Positions 1-9,178 of a stretch of 64,000 nucleotides of DNA are shown here, piece by piece. Numbering within the stretch: the stretch's first letter is position 1; every line of letters starts with the position of its first letter. The stretch is taken from NCBI GenBank assembly GCA_016199805.1, contig JACQGC010000013.1, forward strand, positions 66,327-130,326. Reading direction: 5' to 3'. Both the position numbers and the translations under genes were made by a program. The notes under the pieces are model-generated. The model saw nothing but the letters and a program-made list of their open reading frames with translations, was not told the DNA's origin and ran no database searches. The DNA comes from Candidatus Nomurabacteria bacterium. Lineage in GTDB: Bacteria; Patescibacteriota; Minisyncoccia; Phycocordibacterales; UBA9973.

Positions 1-2
1 AG

Positions 3-662
3 GTGGAAATCACCAATCCCGAAAATATCAAGCAAATAAAGGGTGTTTTGCGGATGAAAAAAGGCGATGTAATTAGCCTTTCGGATGGCAAAGGCACCAG
101 TGCAGAGGTTATTATTGATTCCATATTTTCCGATAAAATTGCGTGTATTGTTAATAAAAAACCCCACTCCGCTAAAGCTTCGCGGGGTGAGTATAGAAAG
201 GTAAGTCTTTACCTTTCTATACTCAAAAAAGAAAACTTTGAACTGGCAGTGCAGAAAGCGGTTGAATGCGGAGTATCAAATATCACACCCGTCATCACCG
301 AGCGCACTATAAAAACCGGATTGAATATAAAGCGTCTGGAAAAAATAATTCTGGAAGCGAGCGAACAGTGTGGCCAAAGCATGGTACCCACCCTCTCCCC
401 TATTTTAAAATTCCAAGACGCACTAGCTGATGGCGATAAATCAGATCAAAAAATAATCTTTCACCTAGGTGGTATCGACTTTCCCACATACGGAGGCAAC
501 GCCTCCGTATGTATCTTTATAGGCCCGGAAGGCGGTTTTACCGATAATGAAATTAACCTAGCAGAAAAATCCGGCTATAAAGTGGCCTCCCTCGGCCCGC
601 TCGTCCTCCGAGGCGAAACCGCAGCCATTGTGGCGACATATCGTGCCGTGCAGGCGATTTAG
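3..662 (+). CDS. rsmE: 16S rRNA m3U1498 methyltransferase RsmE (5' end truncated by window)
   Basis: Motifs VLRMKKGD, QKAVECGV, EASEQCG, FIGPEGGFT, SLGPLVLRGETAA. Confidence 0.95.
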   Translation: MEITNPENIKQIKGVLRMKKGDVISLSDGKGTSAEVIIDSIFSDKIACIVNKKPHSAKASRGEYRKVSLYLSILKKENFELAVQKAVECGVSNITPVITERTIKTGLNIKRLEKIILEASEQCGQSMVPTLSPILKFQDALADGDKSDQKIIFHLGGIDFPTYGGNASVCIFIGPEGGFTDNEINLAEKSGYKVASLGPLVLRGETAAIVATYRAVQAI

Positions 663-699
663 CGAAATCGTGCCGCGCAATCGTCCATTAAAGCGCGGC
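662..699. repeat. 38-bp hairpin repeat, copy 1 (copy 2 at 44397-44433)
   Basis: GCGAAATCGTGCCGCGCAATCGTCCATTAAAGCGCGGC vs GCGAAATCGTGTCGCGCAACCGTCCTTTAAGCGCGAC. Confidence 0.8.
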
Positions 700-707
700 T
701 TATTGTA

Positions 708-1289
708 TTAATTCAAAGTTATTATTTTTTCGCCTAATCTATTTTTAAGTATGGCTTGATATTTTTCTAAATATACAATCTTTTCATTACCCACGGTATT
801 AAATAAAATTCGTGTAGAATAATCACAATCAACAAAATACTTTTGTAGTGGATTTAATTCCAAATCTCCGGTAATAATAAAGGGGTATTTAGAAACAAAA
901 TTAAAAATTGGAATATTTATTGTTTCAATGTTTTTCACAAAAATAATTCTATCCTTAACCAAAGAAGAGTTTGAAATTGCTTTAGTAAACAAGTCAGCAT
1001 CTCCGCTCTTAACAAATATTGTTTGAAACTTTGTGGCTTTCTCAAAATCGTTTTCAGATTCCAAATAAAAAACTGTTTCCGGATTTTCAATTTGTTTTAA
1101 AAATTCCTCTTTTGCCATGGGATATGCGGTAAACATAAGCAATTTTTTATCACCAACATGCAACATGGAAGCAATTACAATAGAAAGCAGAGACGCACCA
1201 GAGTGTTCTTTCCCATGTACCATCATTGGTAAATCTCCCTTTGTGAATTTTACCTCCTCTTTTGTTGAAATATTAATAATTTTCTTCAT
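708..1289 (-). CDS. hypothetical protein with degenerate P-loop-like motif
   Basis: 193-aa AT-rich ORF; MMVHGKEHSGAS resembles Walker A but lacks the catalytic Lys. Confidence 0.7.
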   Translation of the reverse strand: MKKIINISTKEEVKFTKGDLPMMVHGKEHSGASLLSIVIASMLHVGDKKLLMFTAYPMAKEEFLKQIENPETVFYLESENDFEKATKFQTIFVKSGDADLFTKAISNSSLVKDRIIFVKNIETINIPIFNFVSKYPFIITGDLELNPLQKYFVDCDYSTRILFNTVGNEKIVYLEKYQAILKNRLGEKIITLN

Positions 1290-1300
1290 AACTATTTACC

Positions 1301-1334
1301 ACACCATTTTTAGACGGCCGTCTAAAAATGGTGT
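1301..1334. repeat. perfect 34-bp palindrome
   Basis: ACACCATTTTTAGACGG|CCGTCTAAAAATGGTGT. Confidence 0.9.
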
Positions 1335-1337
1335 CAT

Positions 1338-3122
1338 TTAATAAACCTCCTGCTGATAACATTTTTCGCAATAGACTATTTCTCCAGAATCTGGACTATA
1401 CCCTGTCTTAAACTCTTCCCCGCACAGGGAATCTTTGTGTATGTGAGCTACGGTATTTTTGTATACCCCAGTTTCGTCGGTGTTTCCAACACACATGCAA
1501 GATCTTTCATACAATTTTATTCCAAGGCGCAATTTTAACCTTTCTGCTGTACGGCAAACGGGACATAATATGGGCAAGGGTGTATTGGTTTTTTTATAAA
1601 AATTAAGTTCATTATTTGTAACTCTAAAAGCCTTAGTGCAACCCTGATTGCATTTTACTTTGTGTGCACATTCAAAGACTTCACCAGTTATTGAATCATT
1701 AACATTGTGAATACTGTCAGGGATATCACCTACTAAAACTGTCGGGACATAGTTTTTCGTGTCCACATCCCTCCATCTATATCCTTTTGTGGTTGCTTCC
1801 TCTTTTGTCATCGGAAAATATTCTTGAGCGATGGTTTCGTTGTAAGCCCACGGACTGAATTCTATGGGAAAAAATTCTCCATATTTATATATTCTTCCTT
1901 TCTTGTCTACGTATGGCATTTCGTTCATATGTTTTTTAATTTTTTCAACCATATCAAAATATTCTTCCTTGGCATATTGCTTATTTAAAATACAATACTG
2001 ACTCTTTCTGAGAGAGACACATCCAAATATATTTTCACAACTTCGGCAACACACTGTGTACTCGGCATTGTGCGTGTTTTCTTGAGTTTGAACAGAAAAT
2101 TTTATATTTTGAACATTGGCTCCGCTTATCATTACCTCATACAGTAATTCTGCTCCTTCGCCCCAGTTGGAATAATCATAACTATCTTTTGCGCTTGGGG
2201 TAGCTTGTAAATACTGACAATAGCGTAGATTTTCTCCTTCCCTTACCAAGAAAGAATCTCTTACATTTTTTGAGTGGGTAATATATGAACCAGTGGAATT
2301 TATATTTTTAACACCTTGAATATTTTTATTTGGAAATTTTTTCCAAAAACTTAAAGCTTTCTCCCAAGCTTTTTCAACTCCCCCTCTGGTGTAAAGTTTA
2401 TACTCTTTTAATTTCTTTTCGTAATCTTCCTTGGTGCATTGTTCATTAAAAAAACAATAATTTTTATTGCGTAAGTTAACGCAGCCAAAACAATTCATAC
2501 ACCCTTGGCAATCCTTACAGAACCAGAGATCGCTTGATTCCGAACATTGTGAAGAATAGAACACTTTATAACTTGAAGTAATCCAAAAACTTTGGTAGCA
2601 CATTTCTGCCTTATCACAATGAGACATATCTACACAATCTTTTGAGTTATCAATTCCGTTAGAATACATGGAGTCCTCAGTCCAGTTGGAATTGAATATA
2701 AGATAAGAATTCTTGGGGTCGGTGGCATTATTTACATAATCACTATTTACACCCTTAATGACATTATTGCATCGGAGTGGCACTTCTCGCCACAAATCAA
2801 GCAATTGTGGCAAAAATGGCCTGGACCAATCAATATCTTTTCCATAATCCATCGGATTCCACACATCAGAGAGCCAAATATCTCGGTCATATACTTTTAC
2901 GGGAGAATCTGGAGCATACATAGAGAAAATTTCTTTGCCGGAAAAATCGCATTTTCTTTTATAGAGCCCCCGCTCATTGCGGAAAGCCCAACGTCTTTGC
3001 GCACGACATAGCGGGCAAAACGTCGGCGGAGGAACTTTCATCTTTTCGTAAAAGTTAAAATCTTCTTGGTCTATTACAAAGTCTTGCTTGCAGTTTTGGC
3101 ATGTTTTAGTTTCTTGGTTCAT
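1338..3122 (-). CDS. CPR-type Cys-rich protein (multiple CxxC zinc ribbons plus Cys-repeat core), paralog 1
   Basis: N-terminal CQNC...PPPTFCPLCR, repeated CxxCxNCFGC, C-terminal YCEKCYQQE. Confidence 0.8.
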   Translation of the reverse strand: MNQETKTCQNCKQDFVIDQEDFNFYEKMKVPPPTFCPLCRAQRRWAFRNERGLYKRKCDFSGKEIFSMYAPDSPVKVYDRDIWLSDVWNPMDYGKDIDWSRPFLPQLLDLWREVPLRCNNVIKGVNSDYVNNATDPKNSYLIFNSNWTEDSMYSNGIDNSKDCVDMSHCDKAEMCYQSFWITSSYKVFYSSQCSESSDLWFCKDCQGCMNCFGCVNLRNKNYCFFNEQCTKEDYEKKLKEYKLYTRGGVEKAWEKALSFWKKFPNKNIQGVKNINSTGSYITHSKNVRDSFLVREGENLRYCQYLQATPSAKDSYDYSNWGEGAELLYEVMISGANVQNIKFSVQTQENTHNAEYTVCCRSCENIFGCVSLRKSQYCILNKQYAKEEYFDMVEKIKKHMNEMPYVDKKGRIYKYGEFFPIEFSPWAYNETIAQEYFPMTKEEATTKGYRWRDVDTKNYVPTVLVGDIPDSIHNVNDSITGEVFECAHKVKCNQGCTKAFRVTNNELNFYKKTNTPLPILCPVCRTAERLKLRLGIKLYERSCMCVGNTDETGVYKNTVAHIHKDSLCGEEFKTGYSPDSGEIVYCEKCYQQEVY

Positions 3123-3129
3123 CGTGAGG

Positions 3130-5316
3130 TCATTCTAAAATTTTAAGCAAAACATCTTCCGGCACTTCATTGGTGGGCTTCAGGGGCACTGGAGCTGGAG
3201 TAGGAATTGTTTCCTCCCCTCCTTTGGACCCAGTAGGTGATTTTGCTAAATCAGGATTGCTGCCAGCAGGCGGGGTGGTGATTTCTTTTTCTGGGGTGGT
3301 AATTTTTTCCGGTACAGAAATTTTTGTGGAAATCAAATCCTTTAATTTATTCATGTCTTCGGCGCTGGCAGCGCGGTCGCCTCGGGTAAATTGGTTTGCA
3401 GGTTTTGACGAAGCAACTTCTTTAATTTTATCTTTCAAGGAATCCAGCGAAATAGGGGCCGGAATAGGCGTCGGTACGGGTGCTGGTTTCTGAAGTGGCT
3501 CAATAATTTTCGCTTTTGGTTCAGCCATAACTTTATTCAAAACTTCTTTTAGAGCGGGATTTTCTTTTGGTTTTATCTGGGGTTTAATTGCCAAGCTCGG
3601 CGTAAAAGCTTTTTTAATAGTACCTATTATTCCGGGCTTGGGCGCCAAATTCACGAGTTTTGGCATTGTAACTACCGGTCTTACCGTCACAGGCGGTTTA
3701 CCTGTGTGGTCTTCTCTTTCATGATATCTTTCACCTTCTTCAACGCGACTTCTGTCTTTTTGCTCAAATTCAATACCTAGGTCTGCCAATGGCTTGTAAA
3801 ATTTCGTCTCATCGTACTTGATTTGGTCTTGACCCCTTTTTTCCACTTTCACTTCTCCGGATTTTATTTTAGCAATACAATCTTTGCAGTAAACCGGGCG
3901 TCCGGGCTCTGGTTTGAAAGGTACCGTCTTCTCCAAGCCACACAGAGAACACAGGATTTTAAACTTCTCCAAATTTCCACTGCTTATATCGCTGTCGTTG
4001 CCGAGAGACATTCCGCTCCAATTATTTATTTCTCTTTCGACTTCTTCCTTCGTTTTACAATAAAGCTTGCGCGAGGACTGTATCACTTCTTCTTCCACTT
4101 TTTTATCACCGGACTTTACCATCGGCGGCAAGGTCTTGGCTGAAAATGGGCGTGAGGTCACTCCGTCTATCATCAATTTCAAATAAACTTTGTAGTTCGG
4201 CAGATTCACGATGTCTCCTGGCGTAAACTCCGGGTCGAATTCGCTTTCCAAAAAGTCCGCGTCGTCGGAACCTACTCGGAAGACTATCATCGTGCCCACG
4301 TTGCCGAAAACCGCATCGCGCACCGCGGAGCTCTTGTCCATCACCAGCTGAGCCGTATACTGGTGCGCCACTGTGAGATTTAAGCGGTATTTTCGGGCCT
4401 CGGACAATATGCCGGCGAAAGCATCCGTCACGAAGTTTTGGAATTCATCCACATATAAATAAAAGTCTTTGCGGTGTTCCTCGGGTATGCGCACGCGTTC
4501 CATGGCGGCCAGCTGAATCTTGGTGATAATCATTCCGCCGAGTAAACTGGAATTGTCTTCACCGATACGCCCCTTGGAAACGTTGACCAAGAAAATCTTA
4601 CCGTCGTTCATGACGTCAAAAATATTGATGGTACTTACAGATTGGCCGACGACATTGCGAATGATACTGGTGGAAAGAAACTGCCCGACTTTGTTTTGAA
4701 TAGGCGCGATGGCTTCGTTTCGGAATTTATCCTGCCAAGCCTCGTATTCGTGCACCCAAAAAGCTTTGATGACCGGGTCTTTCAAATTACCGATTATTTT
4801 CTGGCGATAATCTTTGTCCACCAATAATCTCGGAATACCCAAAAGCGTCGTACCGGGAGTGTCGAGCAGAGCCAAAATACAATTGTTTAAAATATATTCC
4901 ATTCGGGCGCTCCAGGCATTGGCCCAAATCTTGGTGAAAATACCCATCAGCCCCGAGGCTACCAGGTGTTTGTATTGCGAGTCTACCAATTCGAGGACGT
5001 TGAAACCGACATGATACTCCGCATCGGCCGGGTTGAAATAAACCACGTCTTTGATGCGGTGCGGCGGTATGGCAGAGAGCACCCCTTCTACCAGCTCGCC
5101 GTGCGGGTCTACCACGCACACACCTTCGCCGTTTTGGATGTTCTGAATAATCATGTTGAACATCAGCACGGATTTACCGGTACCGGACTTTCCGAGGATG
5201 TAAACATGCTGGCGCCTGTCTTTGCGCTTGATGCCAAAAAGCTGATTGCGGTCGCGAAAAGTCGTCAAACCCAGGTAGGTAATGTCTTTATTTATAGGTA
5301 TTTCCGGGAGTTCCAT
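3130..5316 (-). CDS. VirD4/TraG/HerA-like coupling ATPase with CxxC-x17-CxxC zinc ribbon and Pro/Lys-rich tail
   Basis: DRRQHVYILGKSGTGKS (Walker A), DPHGE, YLYVDEFQNF, SEARKY, AVFGNVGT; CSLC...PVYCKDC. Confidence 0.85.
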   Translation of the reverse strand: MELPEIPINKDITYLGLTTFRDRNQLFGIKRKDRRQHVYILGKSGTGKSVLMFNMIIQNIQNGEGVCVVDPHGELVEGVLSAIPPHRIKDVVYFNPADAEYHVGFNVLELVDSQYKHLVASGLMGIFTKIWANAWSARMEYILNNCILALLDTPGTTLLGIPRLLVDKDYRQKIIGNLKDPVIKAFWVHEYEAWQDKFRNEAIAPIQNKVGQFLSTSIIRNVVGQSVSTINIFDVMNDGKIFLVNVSKGRIGEDNSSLLGGMIITKIQLAAMERVRIPEEHRKDFYLYVDEFQNFVTDAFAGILSEARKYRLNLTVAHQYTAQLVMDKSSAVRDAVFGNVGTMIVFRVGSDDADFLESEFDPEFTPGDIVNLPNYKVYLKLMIDGVTSRPFSAKTLPPMVKSGDKKVEEEVIQSSRKLYCKTKEEVEREINNWSGMSLGNDSDISSGNLEKFKILCSLCGLEKTVPFKPEPGRPVYCKDCIAKIKSGEVKVEKRGQDQIKYDETKFYKPLADLGIEFEQKDRSRVEEGERYHEREDHTGKPPVTVRPVVTMPKLVNLAPKPGIIGTIKKAFTPSLAIKPQIKPKENPALKEVLNKVMAEPKAKIIEPLQKPAPVPTPIPAPISLDSLKDKIKEVASSKPANQFTRGDRAASAEDMNKLKDLISTKISVPEKITTPEKEITTPPAGSNPDLAKSPTGSKGGEETIPTPAPVPLKPTNEVPEDVLLKILE

Positions 5317-5355
5317 ATGTTAAAGTATACCTCCAACTGAGTTTTTTTCAAAACA

Positions 5356-5916
5356 TTATTCCTCGGGTTCGGTGCCTTCTCTTATCAACCTATTCTGCCT
5401 ATCTCTCAGCGCTTTCCAAGCTGCCAGTCTTTCTGCTTTTTGTTTTTCTTTTCTATCTTTCGCTCTTTTTTCCGCTGCCATTTTTTGCAATTCTTTTTCT
5501 TTCAAATCCTCGTTGCCGCCTTCCATTATTTCTTTTCTCGTTAGTCTTTTATATTCTGGTTTTCGTGCCAATGGAATGTTGCTTGATTCCGGAGCATCGA
5601 CCAAAGTATCTTTTATCTCGGTTGGGATAGTAGGTAAAATATCTGGGTCAGTTTTTAAATAATCCAATGCACGCATAATTCCTCCTTGAATTGACAAACT
5701 GGGAGAATTTTTGCCACTCAACCAACCCTCAACTACACTTTGAACTGTTCCGCCTGTGTCATTTTCTATAAAGCTCATTACGGCTTTTTCTCCATGTCTT
5801 TCCACAAGAGAATCAAGTTTGTTTTTATATGCAACTATCTCTGGATTCAAAGGACGCGGTTCTTCTTTCCTGCCTTTCCTTTGCGGTATTCCACCAAAAT
5901 CTCCTTTTTCGTTCAT
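5356..5916 (-). CDS. hypothetical protein, tandem paralog of 5925-6425, possible HTH
   Basis: Shared GGIP, VVExWL-x4-PS and IMEG motifs. Confidence 0.7.
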   Translation of the reverse strand: MNEKGDFGGIPQRKGRKEEPRPLNPEIVAYKNKLDSLVERHGEKAVMSFIENDTGGTVQSVVEGWLSGKNSPSLSIQGGIMRALDYLKTDPDILPTIPTEIKDTLVDAPESSNIPLARKPEYKRLTRKEIMEGGNEDLKEKELQKMAAEKRAKDRKEKQKAERLAAWKALRDRQNRLIREGTEPEE

Positions 5917-5924
5917 AAATATAT

Positions 5925-6425
5925 TTAACTTTTATTTTGCTCTATTAAAGTTTTTAACTTTTCTGTTATTTTTTGTCTTGCCCTCGCTATGTCTTTTTCT
6001 GTTTTCATTCTTAATTTTTCCCGTTCAATAGTTTTTTTTGTTATCTTTTTTAACTCTTCATCGTCTCCTTCCATTATAGCCTGCCACCTATGTTCTCTTG
6101 TCAGTAATTTTGGTTTTGGTTTAAACGGTAAAACACTTTTTATATTTGGCCGAAAATTTTCCAGGACAGAAATAACATCTCTGCAAATTCCCGGACTTGG
6201 AGTATGTTCGTTATTTAACCACCTTTCAACCACTATTGGGAGTACACCTCCTATAGTATTATTTTTTATGTATTTTATTATAAAGTCTCTGCTGTGTTTT
6301 TCTAAAAGAGAATTAAATAAACCCAAAAATTTAACCGTTTCTGGATCTGTCCGACGTTCTTGTTTAAAACTACTTCTTGGTGGTGGTATTTTAGGTATTC
6401 CTCCAATTTGTTGTCCTGGATGCAT
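5925..6425 (-). CDS. hypothetical protein, tandem paralog of 5356-5916, possible HTH
   Basis: Same motifs; TATAAT 6 nt before the ATG. Confidence 0.7.
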   Translation of the reverse strand: MHPGQQIGGIPKIPPPRSSFKQERRTDPETVKFLGLFNSLLEKHSRDFIIKYIKNNTIGGVLPIVVERWLNNEHTPSPGICRDVISVLENFRPNIKSVLPFKPKPKLLTREHRWQAIMEGDDEELKKITKKTIEREKLRMKTEKDIARARQKITEKLKTLIEQNKS

Positions 6426-6453
6426 GTATTTATTATACCAAAAACTCTAAGAA

Positions 6454-6481
6454 CAAAAAAGCCCCAACTGGGGCTTTTTTG
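6454..6481 (-). terminator. intrinsic terminator after dnaK
   Basis: CAAAAAAGCCCC-aact-GGGGCTTTTTTG. Confidence 0.85.
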
Positions 6482-6490
6482 ATTTAATAA

Positions 6491-8404
6491 TTATGCTTTT
6501 GGTGCTTCGCCTTCCGGTGGTTTTTCTTTGAATTCTGCGTCTTTGGCATCCACGTGCTCTGCTTCTGATGCTCCGGCTGGGGCTTCTGTGCCGCCTGCTG
6601 GTGCACTTTTCGCCATCGCCTCGCCTATCTTGGACATTTCAGCAGACAGTTCTTCGGTGGCTTTCTTTATGGCTTCGCCGTCGGTACCATCTTTTACTCC
6701 TCGCACAGCTGTGATTTTTGCATTTACACTATCTTTCAGCTCGGCAGGAATTTTGGCTTCATTGTCTTTCAGCGCTTTTTCTGCGGTATAAATAATCATC
6801 TCCGCGGTGTTCTTTATATCCACAACTTCTTTTTTCTTTTTATCTTCTTCAGCATGTAGTTCCGCATCAGCCTGCATTTTCTTGATGTCTTCGTCTTTCA
6901 GGCCGGAGCTCGCTTCTATCTTTATCGATTGAGTCTTGCCGGAAGCTTTGTCTTTGGCGGCGACATTTAAAATACCATTTACATCCACATCAAAAGAAAC
7001 TTCGATTTGCGGCATACCGCGAGGTGCCGGCGGCACTCCGTCTAAAATGAATCGTCCGAGAGATTTATTGTCGGAAGCCATGGGCCTCTCCCCTTGCACG
7101 ATATGTATTTCCACAGAAGTTTGATTGTCGGCAGCCGTAGAAAATACTTGAGACTTACTGGATGGAATAGTGGTATTTCTTTCAATAAGTTTTGTCGCCA
7201 CGCCACCTAATGTTTCGATGCCCAAGGAAAGTGGAATAACATCTAGAAGCAAAACATCTCGCACGTCTCCTTGCAATACGCCAGCTTGAACCGCGGCGCC
7301 GAGAGCTACGACTTCATCCGGGTTGATAGTCAGATTTGGAGTCTTGCCAAAAACTTTTTTCACTTCTTCCACAATTTTAGGCATTCTCGTCTGCCCACCC
7401 ACCATGACTATTTCGTTTATGTCTTCAATCTTGATGCCGGAAGCCGCTAAGGCACGCTTGGTGATGTCTATGGAGCGGGACACATATTCGTCAGCTAGGG
7501 ATTCCAGTTGAGCACGGGTCATTTTGAGGAGCAAGTGTTGGGGACCCTGTGCCGTAGAGGTTATAAACGGAATATTGATTTCACTTTCCACAGCTGTAGA
7601 AAGTTCTATTTTTGCTTTTTCTGCCGCTTCATCCAGACGTTGCAAGGCCAACTTGTCTCCCCGCACATCTACACCAGAAGTCTTTTTGAATTCTTCGGCA
7701 ATCCAATTTATTATTTTGAAATCTATATCGCGGCCGCCCAAGTGACTGTCACCATCGGTGGACTTTACCTCTATGACATCGTCTCCAATTTCGAGCACGG
7801 AAACATCAAAAGTTCCGCCTCCGAAATCGTAGACAACTATCTTTTCGTTTTTCTTTTTGTTAAAACCATATGCGAGCGCCGCGGCCGTCGGCTCGTTGAT
7901 TATTCTTTTTACATCCAATCCGGCGATTTGTCCTGCGTCTTTGGTGGCCTTTCTCTGGGCATCATTAAAATATGCCGGAACGGTGATGATGGCTTCGGTG
8001 ATTTTTTCTCCGAGCTTGGTTTCCACGTCGGTTTTTATCTTGGATAAAATCATGGCCGAAATTTCTTCCGGGCGCATCCATTTGTCACCTATCATTATTT
8101 CCACTCCGCCATTTGCCCCTTTTTGTATTTTAAATGAGGAATTTTTTAAATCTTTTTGAACTTCCGGGTCGTCAAAATTGTGACCCATAAAACGCTTGAT
8201 ACCGTAGACAGTATTTTCCGGATTGGTCACTGCCTGCCTTTTGGCCAGCAAGCCGACGATTCTGTCGCCATTTTTAGCCACAGCTACGACAGATGGCGTA
8301 GTGCGGTTTCCCTCCACATTTTCAATAATTTTCGGCACACCGCCTTCAATGACAGCCACTGCCGAATTTGTTGTACCCAAATCTATACCTATTATTTTTG
8401 ACAT
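6491..8404 (-). CDS. dnaK: chaperone DnaK (Hsp70)
   Basis: [42 protein letters not shown]. Confidence 0.99.
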   Translation of the reverse strand: MSKIIGIDLGTTNSAVAVIEGGVPKIIENVEGNRTTPSVVAVAKNGDRIVGLLAKRQAVTNPENTVYGIKRFMGHNFDDPEVQKDLKNSSFKIQKGANGGVEIMIGDKWMRPEEISAMILSKIKTDVETKLGEKITEAIITVPAYFNDAQRKATKDAGQIAGLDVKRIINEPTAAALAYGFNKKKNEKIVVYDFGGGTFDVSVLEIGDDVIEVKSTDGDSHLGGRDIDFKIINWIAEEFKKTSGVDVRGDKLALQRLDEAAEKAKIELSTAVESEINIPFITSTAQGPQHLLLKMTRAQLESLADEYVSRSIDITKRALAASGIKIEDINEIVMVGGQTRMPKIVEEVKKVFGKTPNLTINPDEVVALGAAVQAGVLQGDVRDVLLLDVIPLSLGIETLGGVATKLIERNTTIPSSKSQVFSTAADNQTSVEIHIVQGERPMASDNKSLGRFILDGVPPAPRGMPQIEVSFDVDVNGILNVAAKDKASGKTQSIKIEASSGLKDEDIKKMQADAELHAEEDKKKKEVVDIKNTAEMIIYTAEKALKDNEAKIPAELKDSVNAKITAVRGVKDGTDGEAIKKATEELSAEMSKIGEAMAKSAPAGGTEAPAGASEAEHVDAKDAEFKEKPPEGEAPKA

Positions 8405-8432
8405 AATTAATTTTACTTATTTAGGCTTATAA

Positions 8433-8473
8433 TCCCGACGTTTCAGTCGGGACCCGACCATAAAGCGTCGGAT
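8433..8473. repeat. double-hairpin repeat TCCCGAC-Nx-GTCGGGA-CCCGAC-Nx-GTCGG (inverted copy at 55188-55228)
   Basis: TCCCGACGTTTCAGTCGGGACCCGACCATAAAGCGTCGGA, in the dnaK 5' region. Confidence 0.75.
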
Positions 8474-8514
8474 TTTACTAATGTTTCGCGACCACTGAAA
8501 ACTTGTATAAAGAG

Positions 8515-8544
8515 AGTATATATGATAAGTTGTAGGTATGTCAA
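8515..8544 (-). promoter_or_regulatory. sigma70-type promoter for dnaK
   Basis: TTGACA-N18-TATACT on the minus strand; -35 abuts the 71-bp element. Confidence 0.6.
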
Positions 8545-8615
8545 GCCCGAACACTTACTTTCAAGACGCGCCATAGGCGCATTGTACTCAATATCTTAAA
8601 AGTAAGTGTGCGGGC
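8545..8615. mobile_element. 71-bp TIR element (MITE-like or operator-like), copy 1
   Basis: Arms GCCCGAACACTTACTTTCAAGA / TCTTAAAAGTAAGTGTGCGGGC (20/22); second copy at 17236-17306 with core inverted. Confidence 0.75.
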
Positions 8616-8626
8616 AAGCAAAATTT

Positions 8627-9178
8627 ATGAACAATTCTTACACAAAGAAAATATTGGAGATATTGGGGAAGAAGCCAGCTGTTTCGGTGGAAGAAATACA
8701 GGAACAAATCATTTCACCCCACCTTAGTCCTCCCCTTCGCAGGGGAGGAGAAACTCGATCAAAATACGCTATCACTCGCTGCCTGAAAAATCTTAGCGAC
8801 GAAGGGCTGATAGAGCAGATTTCTTCTCCGCAAAATAAATACGCGCGTCTGACAAATGAGGGACGAAAAAAAATGCACAGTTTGGAATTGGATAACGATA
8901 CTGGCATAGTAAATACTTCTTGGGATGGACTTTGGAGAATTATTTTACTCGACCTGCCAGAGAACAGAAAAAACGAAAGAGAAAGCCTGCGTTACCTGCT
9001 TAAAAAAGCCGGTTTCGTCTGCCTGAAAAATTCCGCCTGGATATCCCCTTTCCCTTTTGAACATTTATTTATGAATATAAAAAAAGATTTAAATCTCACC
9101 ACCGAGATGATGATAATAGTCACCGAAAACATTGACCCGGAAAGTAAAAAAGTTTTGTTTGAGAATTTTGGGAAATAA
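8627..9178 (+). CDS. PaaX-like transcription regulator (winged HTH plus Cas2-like domain)
   Basis: ARLTNEG, WDGLWRIILLDLPE...RESLRYLLKKAGF.CLKNSAWISP; ATG at 8627 preferred over track start 8606. Confidence 0.8.
   Translation: MNNSYTKKILEILGKKPAVSVEEIQEQIISPHLSPPLRRGGETRSKYAITRCLKNLSDEGLIEQISSPQNKYARLTNEGRKKMHSLELDNDTGIVNTSWDGLWRIILLDLPENRKNERESLRYLLKKAGFVCLKNSAWISPFPFEHLFMNIKKDLNLTTEMMIIVTENIDPESKKVLFENFGK

Noticed and set aside
8405-8626. CIRCE/HrcA operator for dnaK
   Set aside because: TTAGCACTC-N9-GAGTGCTAA was not found near dnaK, grpE or clpB.
8627-9178. Cas2 / CRISPR system
   Set aside because: The Cas2-like domain is part of a PaaX-type protein. No cas1, other cas genes or regularly spaced array is present in the window.
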